NCBI GenBank assembly: GCA_001244265.2 | Contig: CDLV01000005.1 | Location: 496,001 to 560,000, forward strand | Direction: 5' to 3' | Length of the DNA stretch: 64,000 nucleotides | DNA from: Microbotryum violaceum | Taxonomy: Eukaryota | In this document: positions 48,765 to 62,213 of the stretch, piece after piece | Position numbering within the stretch: the stretch's first letter is position 1 | Layout of the letters: each line of letters starts with the position of its first letter | Program-made: the position numbers and the translations under genes | The notes under the pieces: model-generated | The model's input: the letters and a program-made list of their open reading frames with translations, nothing else | Told to the model about the DNA's origin: nothing | The model's database searches: none

Positions 48765-51700
48765 TTATCTCCTTCCTCCCTGGGGCGCAAACTGTGAGGC
48801 GAAGCGCGTGTCGGCTGATCCGCTGCCTCGGGGACCCCGTGGCCCCCTATTGTTGCTATTGATATTGCTGGTGTCCCAGCCATCCCTCGTGTCCCTTAAG
48901 CTTCGAGTATCTCTGCCACCTTGTTCGCGCTCCCGATCAGCAGCGGGAGCGATGGGTGGTGGGACAGGTGCTGAAGTCCTGGCTCGCTTGACTTCGAGCT
49001 CCTCGACCCTCTCGCCGCCTGCACGTTTCCTCGAATCAACGGGCTCGTCCCTCTGCTCGTCCCTCTGCTCATCCCGCTTCTCATTTGTCTCGCCATCTTG
49101 TGTCGGTCCCTTCGATGAACGCCTCGACGAAGCCGGATCGGAACGACTCGTCAATCCAGCACTGCTCATGAGCCTCGAAACACCACCACTGCTGCCGCGA
49201 ATGCTGAAGGGTGCCGTCGGCGGTTTGGACGATTCTCGCGACGCCGTCGAGCGGACGGACATCCGCGTCGGCTCGGTTGATGACGGGTCATCGCGGATGG
49301 TGCGCTCGGTGTCACGTTGGCCCCTTTCCCGATCATCTTCACGCTCGTTGCGACCTTGTACGGATGCTCGCTTCGAGTCGTCGATCGAGGCCAAGACCGA
49401 TGCCGATGCGGGCTTGAGGCGGTCAGCTAGTGATCGACCGGGCGACGCTTGCCGTGAGGTCGAGCCTGAGTCTCGTGCAGGTTGCTGTCAAATCAATTGT
49501 ATCCCTCGTCAGCCATCAAGCAAAACACCAGAGCACTCAAATCACGGCGGACTGACCTCTTTCTCCCGATCCTCACCCCGACGTCTGGTGTCCCTCTCCT
49601 CACGACCGTGCACTCCCCGCCTTCCATCTGACTCTCGCTTCTTATCCTCACCGCGCGTGTTGTCATCCTCAACCGTCTTCTCATCAACACGTCGACTCTC
49701 CGTCTTGCGGCTCTCCTCCTCCTTCCTCTCACTCCTCCTCCGATCCTCCTCCGCCGCGCTGATCTCACCCCCGGACCGTCTCCAACTCCTCGAAGAGGCC
49801 TCATGCGAACGAGGCTTATCTCCATCCCTCTCGCGTTCTCGTTCGCGCCTTGGAACACGCTCCCTCTCCCTCTCCCTCTCTCGATCTCTACGATCCCGAT
49901 CGCGCGTACTAATCTCGCGATCACTTTCCCTCTTCTTATCCCGGCCGCCATCCCGCGTACTCCGCGACTCGTCATGACGATCGTGATCGCTCCTGAAAGA
50001 CCTGGAGGAAGGCTCCTCTCTTGCCGAGGATCTCGTCTCGCGCTTCGAAGTGGACGAGCGAGTCGATTCGACACTGCGTTCTCGACTTGATCGGCGGCGA
50101 CTCGAATGATCGTCGCGCTCCCGACCGCGGTCCTGCTCGCGAGGCGTTGCGGTTCTCGAAGGAGGACGAGATCCATCCTTCGCAGGATGAGACAAGGGCT
50201 GGGCTGTCGATGAAGCGGGCCCAATTGGAGCGGGAGAACGAGCTCGGGGCGTCCCAACGGCAGACGAAGTCGATGTTGGAGGGTTCATCAGCACGGAATT
50301 GCGACTCGAGGCCAAGGCTTTCGCGCGAAGCTCCATTTCGGAAGAAGTTCCTGGCTTCGCCGGCAGGCCGTTGGCGTTCCCATTCGCATTCTCGGTTCCG
50401 TTTGATGTGGTCACCGACTGTGACGCGTTCGAAGTGGGGGCATTGTCCGAGCGAGGAGCAGGCTGTGACCGATTGAGCGCGTCGGCCCGGGGGGCTGCAG
50501 GCGGGCCTTGGGCAGCAGGATCGTCTGGGCGACCTCCACTACTCGGGTTAAGCCTACTAATAAGATCGTTTCGCGGCCTGTTCAGGTCTGCGAAACGATC
50601 ATCTCGGGGTGCGGCGTCGCGAACGGGTCCAGTTGGGGCAGGTCGCAGAGCTTCTCGTGAACCTCCCGAGCTCAAGGAGGGTCGCATCGGCAATCCAGAG
50701 AAAGGAGTAGCGGTTACCCGCAGTGCAGCTGGTGCAGTGGGAGGTACATCACGCGCTTGCGTTCTGGCCGACACGCTTGGGGGCGCAGGCGAAGGGCGAG
50801 ACGAGGACGGGCCGGACGAAGACGATGCAATCGACTTGATCTCGACCAGGGGAGCTGGCGCAGCAGCAGGTGGAGCAGGTTGGTTCGCCCAAAGCTTCTT
50901 GCGTTTCGTAACCACGGCCTTGTAACCCTGGGCCAAGATCTTGAGATCCTCCCTCTGTTCAGTCTTGAGCAACGCCTCGATCGCCGCTTCAAGTCGGACT
51001 CCCGACTTGTACTCGATCGGGAAGTGGGGTGCAATCTTGGTCAAGACGAGAATTGAGTTTTTGATGTGCATGTATTCGCCTGACTCAAAACCTTCGCTGA
51101 AGCTCGAGACGGTTCGGTTCGTCCATTTCTCCGTGACGTGTTGGAAATCCTTGTGGGAGAAGCACTCCTCCAACTTGATCGTGGACGAGAACTGGGCTGC
51201 AGGTCGCCGCGCAAACCCATTGAGACCGGAACCAATCGCCTCGCTTTTGAACTTCTCCTCGTTGCGGTACCAGTTGTTGACGTCTTGGAGAATGTCGTGG
51301 AGGAAGCGAGCGTAGTTGCGTGCCTCATTCTCGCTGCACGAGTAGATAACGGGTACCAAGTGGCGGTTGAGGATCTGTGCCCAGGCAACGGGATGTCAGA
51401 ATTTATCTCGCCGGAAGTACCTATCATACAGCCCTGCGTACCCTATCGTAGAATAGAATGCTATGGAAACCAGTCGTGTTCATCGAATGCAAGCGTTTGA
51501 TGAACTGGTACGAGAAAACGGCATCCGGCAACGAAAGCTTGACTCGTGGGTGTATGCAGTGCTGCACGATTTGATCGACGAGCACCTTGCGTTGCGAGTT
51601 GGTCGTAACACCTGCACGAAGAACACGCAGCAAGTCAGCAATTAACACTGAATATGCAGGAGCACTAAGCTCACTAACCTGTGAACCACGACTTGGCCTC

Positions 51701-54700
51701 CCTCGTCAAACGACGACTGACCACCGCCCTCGCCGATCGATGCTCCTCAGCTTCTTTCAGCAATTTGTTGGCGAGTGAAACGATATTTTGCACGAAACGG
51801 CTCGTCGCATCTTTGGTCAGCGTCTGGGCAATCTCAGATCCACTGATGTCGCGTTGCATCTTGTTGAGTCGGTCGAGTTCGGCGTCGTAGCGTTCTTTGG
51901 GGTACATGATGTCGTAGAGGGTGAGTTGCCAGAAGGTGACGTAGAAGGGCGCACTGGACGAGAGAAGAGGCGAGAATCAGCCTTCCTGTCTCTGTATGGC
52001 CGTCTAGTCTGTTCTCACGCACCCCATCACTTCTTGAACCTCATAAGGAAGCGTCGCCTCCGTTGAATGGATGATGTCCGCCAACCCCGGATGCCATATC
52101 TGATAGGAGAGGATGATGGTTCACATGAGTAAAGGTTGATGAGCACGCGTACAGTCTTTGCCGACCTACCGGTGCTTTGATGACTGGAGAGTCGGGTGGG
52201 TCGCACGGCGTCCCATCGGTCATCGACACGTCCATCGCTGTGTCGGCCACAAGAACTTTGATCTCCTCGACCAATTTGCTCGTGGCATCTTCCATTTTGG
52301 CATCCTCAGTCCCCGCCTCAGGCTGCCCAACTTTCTCAGCCTCACTTGTCACATTCCCCTTCCCACCTTCAACAACCGCATCACCCGTCGTGGACGTGGT
52401 CTTGGCCCTCTCATCCTCCGCGACCTTATTCAATTTCTCCTTGGCCAACTTGGCCCTCAAATCCGCCTTCCTCTTCTCCAACTCCAAATTTCTCTGCGCA
52501 TCCGTCTCATCAAACGCCTTCATCGCCATCCTCATTTTAGGTCGACCAATCTCGAACGCCACAGCAGGTTCGATGCCGTAATCCCTCGTCAATTCCTCGA
52601 TCGTAGGGAGTTCCTTGGCTAGTTCGGTCACGTCCATTAAAGCGAGGAGTAGTTCGGTGAATTGGAATAATATCGCATGGTTGGAATCGAACAATGCTCC
52701 GAGCGATTTGAGATGCGTATCCATCGCGACGCACGCTTGGCGTTGTAAAGCGATATTGACCAACAAAGGCATCGACAAACGAGTCCGTTCCAACACCTTT
52801 CCTAATCGCTCTCGCGAGTTGTTCGTCAAGGCCATCTCTTTGGATTTCGCAGCTTGTCCAATCTCGGTTTGGAAAAAGACTTCGCTGCGGAGCACTTTCC
52901 CACCTGCGAGGGCAAAGACTTGGGCATCGGATAGATCGGCGAAAGGTTCGATGCCGGTCATTTTGGAAATGATCTCGCGGAGGATAATAAGGTCTTTTGA
53001 GTTGCCGCTGACGAGTTGGTTCACGAGATATTGTAGGATCATGGCTAGGGATGGTTCGAGGGCCAACCATCGACGATAGAGGTGGCCAATGAAGGTTGCC
53101 AGACTCTGGAGCCACAGCGCGGTACTGGTTCCGTCTTCCTTTGTCTTGCTCTTGTTCGAACTCAGCGCATCCAATACGGTGTAAGTGAGGACGTCGTAAC
53201 TGAGGTCACTCAAATATCGTGCAGCCTCGACGACGGGGAGGATGAGGTTATCGTAGCTTTGCACTTGGTTGAGCACGACGGCAAAGGTGATGATGGGGTT
53301 GTTGTGAGCCGCTTTGGCAAGGTTCTTGCCCAAACGCTTGACGTTCTCCGTCGACAGTCGTCGAAGGATCATCTTAACTTCACGCTCGGTCTCGGCTTTG
53401 CGAACGCTGAGAACGGGGATCCGGCGATACGCCGCGTCCTTCCATTCACCGTACAACTGATAGCGTTGCTCAATCGTCAAGAGACGCAAGACATCCCAAA
53501 CCAGGAGACCGACAGGCGAGTTGTCTTTGAGAAGCGCTGCGCCGGGAAGCAATACCTGACGTATGAGCACGAGCCATCGAGCGAAACGTGGGTTCTCAGC
53601 CGGGGCGAGCGCGGTGAGGTCTTGCTTGACGATCCGACAGATGCGACTGTAGGCTGGCAAGTCCAAGGCGAGGAACGGGCCGAGCAATGGAGCGAACGTC
53701 TTTTCGAGCACGACCAAGACTTCCTCGACATCGCCACATCTCGGTAGCCGCGTTTGCCAATCGGGGAAGAAGAACACTTGCTCCTTATTCGGGATCGGTA
53801 ATGGGATCGCTCGACTCGTCAACTGTCGTGCTTTGGGAGGGGGAGGGACGAGCGTTTTAGTGGATGATTCAAAAACCCTCCGAGGAGCCTTGAGCTCGGC
53901 CCGACGGCACGCATCGGTCTTGAGTGCCAACGAATCGATGGTCTCGAATGCTGGGGTGAGCGAGACGACGAGCAATCGATTGAGGAGAGCGGCGACCGGA
54001 GGGTTGGCAAAGACAAGAGTCGGGTATTGGGACAGGACAAAGAGGGCATGTGCGAGATCCCCGAGCGAAAGCATCGCTTTGACTAGCTCCAGTCGCTGAT
54101 TCGGTAAGACTCGATCGGGTTTGGCAGCGGCAGCGGCTGCGTTAGCGTTGGCGTTGGAAGCCGTCGAGGCGGTAGACTTGGTCTTGGGAGCGTCGTCGTC
54201 TACCAACGCGCCCGCCATGGCCAATGCATTGCCACCACCGACGGAAGCCGCGACCTTTTCCTGGTCCTCGCGATACTGGGACTCGACCTTGGCGAGCACG
54301 GTGTCGTCGGGGGAAAGGTGGGGCCACAGGTCGGAAAGCTTGACGAGACCGTGCCAAATCAAGAGGGCGGTCATGAGGTAGAGCTGTCTCGGTGTTTCGC
54401 TGACGCCTTCAGTTTGATAGAACTTGAACTTGAAACCCAGGATTTGGGCCAACACTCGATTGCCTTGGTCCTTCTCGAGCCCAATGTCGATGTCTGTCTC
54501 CTTCGCTTTGCCCTTTTCCGGTAGGGCTGCCCCATTCTTTTTGCGAGGTGAAGCCCACGGTGAGACAGAGATGAGGTCAAGATAGAACTGGTAGTGGTCG
54601 ATGACTTGTTCGGTAAAGGCGTCGAGGATGAGATCGATCGTGCGATCCGGATCAAGGTCAAAATTGCCTGTGATGTCGCCGTAGTTTCCGGTAGATGAGC

Positions 54701-55973
54701 ACGAGTTGGCCGATTCGTGATGATTGACCCTTGTATGACTGACCAATCAAGCTCTTGACTTTATCCATGGCCGCGTTGGCCCTCTTGAAGCGTTGCTCCT
54801 CTGTTTCGACGCTGCGGCCGTCCTCGGTCGATTGCGGGGGTCCGAGGAGCAAGAGCAATTCGACTGCGAGCTTGGAGTATCCTTCCATCTCCTCGCGAAG
54901 CAAGTTGAACTTTTGCTGCTTGTAACTGGTGATAATGATCGGTCGCGAGGGACGGACGAGGATCACGAAAGATGGAGCAACAGTGGGTCAGAGGGCGATT
55001 GTCATTTGAACTGAGAAGGTCACGCATCATCTTGGGGGACCGACGACGGACGAGCGTTCGGCCGGGAGCAACGATGATGGTGCGCATGCCGTGTGATATG
55101 AAAAACGAGTCTTACTAGAGGGCTGTTCGTGCACGAATCTCGTGGCGTTGAAAGTGCTGCACGTTGCTGATGATGCCCAGGGTGGGCACGACGAGCGTAA
55201 CGAGGTCGAGCCGTTCCCCGACCGCATCGACCGAGATGATGTTGGCAACCTAAGTCGGGAGAAACGCGAAGTGGTGTAAGTGGTGGTTGTCTGATTCGAT
55301 GCGTAGCTTGGGCCATGACTGACGCAGAGGTGCTTCAACAGAGCTCCGACGTTCTCGCGAGCCTGTTGAACGTGCTTCGCGCGCTTGTGCTCGATACTCT
55401 GGGCTATCGATGCGGCATCCTCTACGACTTTGAGGTCATCCGAGTCGATCTGCATCTGATTGTGCGGGTCATCTTTCGCCGGCAGCGGGGCTGCTTCGGC
55501 TACGGTGAGGGTCGCCGAGGTGGGGACGACGGGGCTGGGCAGAAAGCCATTGTCGATCGCCTGCTCAAATTGCCAAGCGACATCGATGATGACATCGCTG
55601 AAGCGGAGGTAGTGCTCAGGGGCGAGCTGAGGGTGCAGCGACTGGATCAAGTAGTGGGCCAAGCTGTCGGCGGTCGTACGGGTCGCTTCGATCGAACACA
55701 GCGGCAAGAGCAGCGAATGGAGGCTCGTGAAGAGGTCGACCGCATCCGAGGTCGAGGCCTGGGTTGTCGAGGTGGCAAAGACGGTCACTAGTGCGTTTGT
55801 TCTGGGCCAGAGGAGGAATCGGAGATGGGTCAGACCGGGAACAGGCGACGCGGGTGTGATGGTGTCGGTCGTACTCACAGCGCCACCGTCGCCGAGGTTG
55901 GATCGAGGTACCACAGTCTGACGAGCTCGTACAGCTCTCGACGTGAGACGGGCAGATCGACTTGGGCGTCCAT
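48765..55973 (-). CDS. THO2: THO complex subunit 2
   Basis: YKQQKFNLLREEMEGYSKL, GNFDLDPDRTIDLILDAF, LAQILGFKF, RYQLYGEW, VLNQVQSYDNLI, FYVTFWQLTLYDI, CSENEARNYARFL, EYMHIKNSILVL, then an R/D/E-rich tail. First exon MDAQVDLP... at 55973. Confidence 0.96.
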
Positions 55974-56640
55974 CTTGTTCACTGCCCAGAGCGAGGCGAG
56001 AGCGAGAGAAAGTCGGTTCCCGCGCGGGTGCCACTCTGTTTAGATCGTTTGCCCCCGTCGAAGGAACACTCACTGCCTCGTTTGAATTGGGTCGGCCGGG
56101 GTCTAGATCTGTTCTGATCAACGACAGGCACTGGCCTTGAACTTTGCTCGTCTCCAGTTCTGACCGTGACGAGTCACCACTCAAAGCATTGAAAGCAAGC
56201 CCCCTGGATCTGATCCACTGGTGATCCGCGGACTGGCCGGGCATGGCACTGGATTTTTTTTTGTTCTGGACAAGCGAGCACGAGAACACAACTAGCAGAG
56301 TCCGGTCTGGCGATATCACTTCCGGAAAATCCAGAGAAACACCGCGCTTGGTCAAGGAAGTGTGGCACTGTTTGAGCCCACTACTGCACTAGTCCGATTC
56401 GAATCGCAGTTCGTGCATTGAGCCGACGAGCGGTCCGAGCGCGGGATTCGCCCCTGGGACTCGGCAAAATCCCGACCACGCGCCCGAGTCAGTCAGTCAG
56501 GCGACTCTCAGCTAGCTCAGCAGCTCGCCTCTCCCTCTCTGCACTCGACTCACCTCACCGTCTCAGTTGGACACGTGCTCCCTCGTTGTGCTTGCTTTCG
56601 AGACTGACGTCGAGTGGTCCGCCGACGTGATCGAGTCGCC

Positions 56641-59600
56641 AGTAAGTCATGCTTCTTCTACTCAGCTACCTGACCTCGACGTCGCTCATGTCGCACCACC
56701 CTCCCCCTCTCCACCCGTATGACACCCGCTCATCTTTCCCTTGCCAACTCTCCACCACCACCACTACTACTACTTGCACACTTGCAGTGAAGCGCTCATA
56801 CGGTCAGACCTCGTCTCCGGCTACGGCCTCGCAAGCCGGTGCAGCCGCGACCTACAAGTCCGGTCCGCAACCGTCGCCAGCGCCCTCGAACACACCTCAA
56901 CCCTCCCAGGCCCCTCCTCCCTTACCACCGGGCCCACCTCCTCAGCCCCCCTCAGCTTCGGGCCCGCAACAACCCAATCCGTACGCCAACTATGGCTACC
57001 CTGCTGCCTATGCCGCCGCTCAGCATGGCGCTCATCCTCAATACCCGGCCTACGGCTATGGAGGCGCCGCAGCTCAGGTCAGCCGTAGGATGCTCGGTCC
57101 CATATTCAATGCACGCTCTAACGTCGCGAGGTGATCTGCGATCTCACAGGTCCCGACAGGAACCACATCACCCTACCTCAACTACGCGCCACCGCAAGCA
57201 GCGTATGCAGCCTACTCGGGCGGGATGGTCCCTCCCCCTCCTCCTCCACCCGGCTACCCGAGCCCACAGACCTACTACCCCCAACCGGGCCAGCAACAGC
57301 ACCAAGGAGCTCAACCGCCGTACGGTGCTCCAGCATACGGCTACCCCGCTCCGAACGGTTCGGCTCCTTACGCGGGGGCGCCGGGAGCATACCCTCCTCC
57401 CCCTCCTGGCAATGTGTACCCGATTCCTCCGCCTCAGCACGGTCTACCCTCACCACAGGGAGCACCGCCTTACAAGCGTACTCGATACGAAGGTGGACCC
57501 GTACCTCCGCTACCCCCTGGTCCTGCGCCTCCACCACCTGCGTTACCGCCCGTCGGAGGATCGAGCTCCAGAGGTGGGCCACCCCCGCCTCGGGGCCAAT
57601 ACGACCGAGGACCCCCACCCCCGTCTGCGCATCGCGGCCCACCCCCACTTTCTCGCTACGACGATCGATTCGACGGACCTCCCCCTCCAGGTCCTTACCG
57701 AGACGATCCCCGAGATCGATTGCCTCCTCCTCCGCCAGGTCACTACGATCGAGGCGATCGTTACGGCCCCCCACCGCCTTCACGTTACGACGACCGAAGA
57801 CCTCCCCCACCTTCCCTTCGAAGGGATGAACGCTTGCCTCCTCCTCCTGGACCTGCGTACAGAGATCAAGGCTCCCCTGGACCTCGTGGGGGTGCGCCAC
57901 GAGGTCCGGCTTTCGCACCTCGTGATGGTCCTTCAAGACCTCCTCGAGGCGGCGTCGGTCGCTCCGGTGGTGGTGCAGGCGGAGGAGGCGGAGGACGGCC
58001 CGTCTCCGCCCTTCCCGGTGCAGGTCGTGCAGGATTCGTGTCGAGTCCCGCAAAACGAGGTGATCGTTTCGCCGCCGTCGATGCCCCTCGAGGACCCCGT
58101 AACGCGCGCGTCAATGCGATCCCTCCGCATGGTCAGAAGAAGGAGAGGAAATGGGGCGCAAGGACGATGGGGAGTGGGGGTGGCCCGGGAGGTTCGGGGA
58201 AGGAGAAGAGTGGTGATGGGAGGACCTTGACGGATTTCAGGATCGCGGGGTTGGAAATCACGGAGTTGAAATGGACCTGGGCGGCCAAGGCTCAGGCGCT
58301 CGTTAAGGCGCTCGTTGAGGCCGATGCGGCTAAATCGACGGAGAAGGAGAATGGGGATGGCGTGAAAGGGACGACCAAGGACGATGCGACTGCCCCGACG
58401 AAGAAGAAGACGAAAAGTCAACGCAAGGCCGAGCGTCGACGAGCGGCGAAAGCAGCCGCTGCCGTCGTCGAAGAACCCACCTCCAACGCCGGCCTCAACC
58501 CCGAAGACGAGTCAGCTCAAGAAGATGGCGATGATGAGGTCGATGGTGAACCTGTGTCGACGTCGTTGTCGCCTTCGCAAAAGAATACCAAGAAGTCGAA
58601 GCATATGCGAGATGAGGATGAGGATAGCGAGTCGAGAGGTGAAGGGGATGTCGATGCGACGATGCCGAAAAAAGTCAAGGCGGATACGGGGGAGGTCGTC
58701 AAGCTTGAGAGTGTGGAGCCCAAGCCCGAGGTCGAAGCTGAGGCTGAGGCGGCGGAATCGAGTTTGGCTGCTCAAGAGGACGTGGATGGCGAGCCCGTCG
58801 AAGTCAAAGAAGAGGAGGAGAACAAGTCTGCCGACGCAGATGCGACGGAACCTGAGGAACCCGTCGCTGCTCCTACCCCTGTTGCGGCATCGAACCCGCC
58901 GCCTTTCAAGCTTTCAGCTGCCAACTCTGCTCCACCCGCGAATGCCCCGACCGGACCAGCGGCCGAACGACCGCCTTCGGATCGCGAGAACAGTCGTCTC
59001 AGAATCTACTTTTCTTCCCCCGTCGACTCTGTTTCGACCTACATCAACCCCGGGGGCAACGGGTCTGTTCGAGGAGCGACGGTGGAGCTTCAAGCGTCGA
59101 CTAGAGATACCTCTATGGCGCCTCCGACGATCGAAGAGGAGGTAGCTTCGGCCAATGACGAGGCAGTGGTTGAAGAGGCGGTGAAGCCGGAAGGTGTTAG
59201 TGGCGGAGCTGAAACGACGGCTGAGGCTCCGGCGAACGATGAGGCAGAGGTCGATGGCGATGATGTCCATTCCTTACCACTTGAGGGAGGGCCTCTCGAA
59301 AACACTGCCGAGACGACAGAGCCGGCCGCTGAAGTCCAGGCCTCGGTCGAACCGGACGTGACGGCGGCGGCTGCGTTTCAAGATGAAGCTGTCGAGGTCA
59401 ACGCCGACACCGACGCCGGAGACGTTTCCATGTCGTCCGTCTACCCTCCCGATCCTTATGCTCAAGGACAGCCTTCTATCACCGGTTCTACGCACGGTGA
59501 CGGAACCGAGGACAAGCCACGCGAATCCTCCGTCGTCCCTGGGACCAACCTACTACCCCACTTGACGCCGCCCGAGCCTAGTGCGGATCGAATCTCGATC

Positions 59601-60842
59601 TCGTACGCTCGTAATACGCGTCGTATGGTCCTTGATGCCGAGGTCGTTGAATCGGTCAAGATCTTCCGAGCAGAGGGGAGGATCGAGCTAGGTGTTTTGT
59701 TGCGGCCGGCGTATATGGGCGATGGTGAGGATGCTGTACCGGATGAGTTCAGGGTTTGCCAAGGTATTCTAGTGAGTGGTATCGACCTACACGTGTTCCC
59801 CAGGGCTGGAGCATGAACTCATCGCATATTTATTGATTAGATCGAGGCATTGGATCGCGAACACGACGACTACCTCGTCATCGACCGTCTGTCTCTCGAG
59901 GCGGCGTGGCGTACGCGTGCAGCAAACGACGAAACCAAGGATACGACTGAAGAGGCGAAGGAAGGAGAGACCGAGGACCCAGAGTTGGATCCTTTGTTGC
60001 CTCCTCTGCACCACCTTTTGGCTACGTCGTTGTCTGATGAGACAGGTGCCACGGCTCTGAGTGTCGCGCCCGGCTTTACTCGCGACCGAATCACCGTGAT
60101 TGCGCGCTTTGACCGATCGAACCCTTTGACCGAAGCGCGCTGGGTCAAAACCGGTGAGATCGACCAATGGATCACGGGTCTGGCGCTGGAGAAGAAGGAC
60201 GACAAGCTCTCAGCATGGAAGGGCAAAATTGTCGTGCACGACCCTGAACCGCCGCCGACGATCCAGGATGCGCTCGATGCTTGGACCTCGAGCTCGAGCA
60301 TCGGCTCATTGGCCGATCGGAAGGCGTTCGTGTCCGGTCACATGTCCGACATTGACAACGTGCTTGAGATCCTGCTTCGTCTGGCTCGAGGCGATACGCG
60401 ATCGCATTACAACACCAACCACAGCTCGTCGACAGGTCCTTCGGTCCCCGTTCTCGCGGCTTCGCTTTCGGCTCCTTATCCCGACTCTCAAACGCAGGTC
60501 TCATTGGCCGTCTTGGCCATGTTCAGGCTCAGTGTGCAGACCGCGGAGAAGGCGGGTTTGGACACGCAGGAAGTTCATCGCCAAGTGAGCGAGATCGTCA
60601 AAGGTGTGCCCCACCATATGCAGTTCAAGGCGCTCGATGGCATGTTTGTCGAGTATCGCAAAAAGAACAAGGCCATAGCGCCCACGATCCTGGCCCCTGC
60701 TAAAGCCAAAGAGGCGGAAGTGTCCGCGCAGCCTGCGCAGGCATCGATGCCTGCACCTGCGCCTCCACCTCCTGCCACGGATGTGCCTGCGAAGGAGACA
60801 CCTGCAGTCGAGAAGGGGGCGCCTGTTGTTGCAAAGGAATGA
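56641..60842 (+). CDS. Hypothetical protein with Pro/Tyr/Gly- and RGG-rich N-terminus, acidic linker and folded-looking C-terminal blocks
   Basis: Exons of ORFs 56649..57134, 57225..59816 and 59850..60842 join at GT-AG introns. Ordered blocks RTLTDFRIAGLEI, ENSRLRIYF, ADRISISYARNTRRMVLDAEVV. ATG formed across intron 56642-56787. Confidence 0.8.
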
Positions 60843-61025
60843 GCACGTGGATATGATGGAGGAGGACGGTGTTGTGATGACTGGCGGCTGCCTGTGGGGA
60901 AGGATCGGGCTTGGCCATGTCGAGGAATATGAAGAGGAAATGAGATTGAAGCGCGGAGAGTTGTCGCGCTGGGTATGGCATTCTCGTCTTGTTATGTTCT
61001 TGTGTGCTTTCTGGGATCAAATCGA

Positions 61026-61090
61026 CTTTTCTCTCTTTCTCTTTATCTCTCTCTCTTTCTCTCTTTTCCTCTCTCTCTCTCCTGTCTCTG
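61026..61090 (+). repeat. Imperfect CT/pyrimidine microsatellite
   Basis: Run of CTCTCTTT-like units read directly. Confidence 0.85.
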
Positions 61091-62213
61091 TGCGATGTTG
61101 GTCTCGCCCTGGCCGACTCGTGGACGATGCCTCTGTGAGGAACGGCTCTTCTCTCTGCCACGGGGCCGATTTTACACGTTCATCTTTCGTATCCTCGGCA
61201 CGCACATCATGTGACTCGCGATGTTGATGTTATTTCTGGCACGCTTCGCTGACATCTCCCTCGGCAGCGGTAGGGCTGAGACTTGTGGGGAGCGACGGGG
61301 AGTGTGCTTGCCGAGAGAGGGGCCCAAGCACGACTGTAGCACCGACCAATCATCACCATCTCGAATGGGCTCAGGGTTTCTACATTCGGCGTCCTGTTGA
61401 TCTTCTTTTTTCTTTCATGGGCGGCCATACTCGTCTCGGGCACACATTCGGTTGGAGAAGAAACTATAGGGCTGACGCCGTAGGCGACCCTGTTGCGGAA
61501 CCTTAACCCCCAGCTTTTGGGAGTATGAGAGTGATTACGGCCACCACAGCTCACAATGAGTTTTCCGGGTAGTGTGATATTTTTGTTTCTCATGTTATCA
61601 TTCAAACTCCTGCGTGTGATGGGTGCTGAGTAGATTGCTGTGTCACCCTTGTGCTGCTGAACGGCGGGAGCCGGCAAGGCCTCGAGGCGATCCTCCAGGC
61701 CATACGCTGGAAGAGGAAAAATTCATCTTCGGCGCCGCTTCAAGCTAACGGACGGAATTTAGCCCGGAAACTCGGATGAGGCCTTTCTGATATGTCATCT
61801 ATCAACCCGGGTGGAAAAAGGCAGCCTCAATAGAAACGGCACAAAGCCTTTGTCACAAACTAATCAATCTCGGGCCTTGCTGAAGCAGCGATTACACTTC
61901 AATATGTCGGACCTTAGCGCTGGGGGATTGATCATCTGATCGTAGTATGCAAAGGACTTGCTCTTTCTTTCTTCAACATCGGATCGAAACCGACGTCCCG
62001 CTTTCGTGCTGTACCCCCTCCTGTCAAGCAACGTCTAGGACATCCCGCGAGAGGTTCTCGGCGATTGTAGCTATCTGAGACATTCCGAGTTCAGAGTCGG
62101 ACTGCAAACCTGTGATCGGCGCGCGTCTTAACTCGATCTCCCGGGCCACAAGCCACTTTCGACTCGTCGGCCTCCGTGACGTTTCAACCTAGGACAGGGT
62201 CCCAACCACCACC

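Noticed and set aside
48535..49977. 480-aa plus-strand Ser/Arg/Leu-rich ORF
   Set aside because: Antisense to the low-complexity R/D/E tail of THO2.
61370..61480. Hydrophobic signal-peptide-like reading (VSTFGVLLIFFFLSWAAILVSG) and a GCGGCCATAC 5S-like start
   Set aside because: No in-frame ATG, early stop, hydrophobicity explained by a T run; the rest does not match 5S rRNA.
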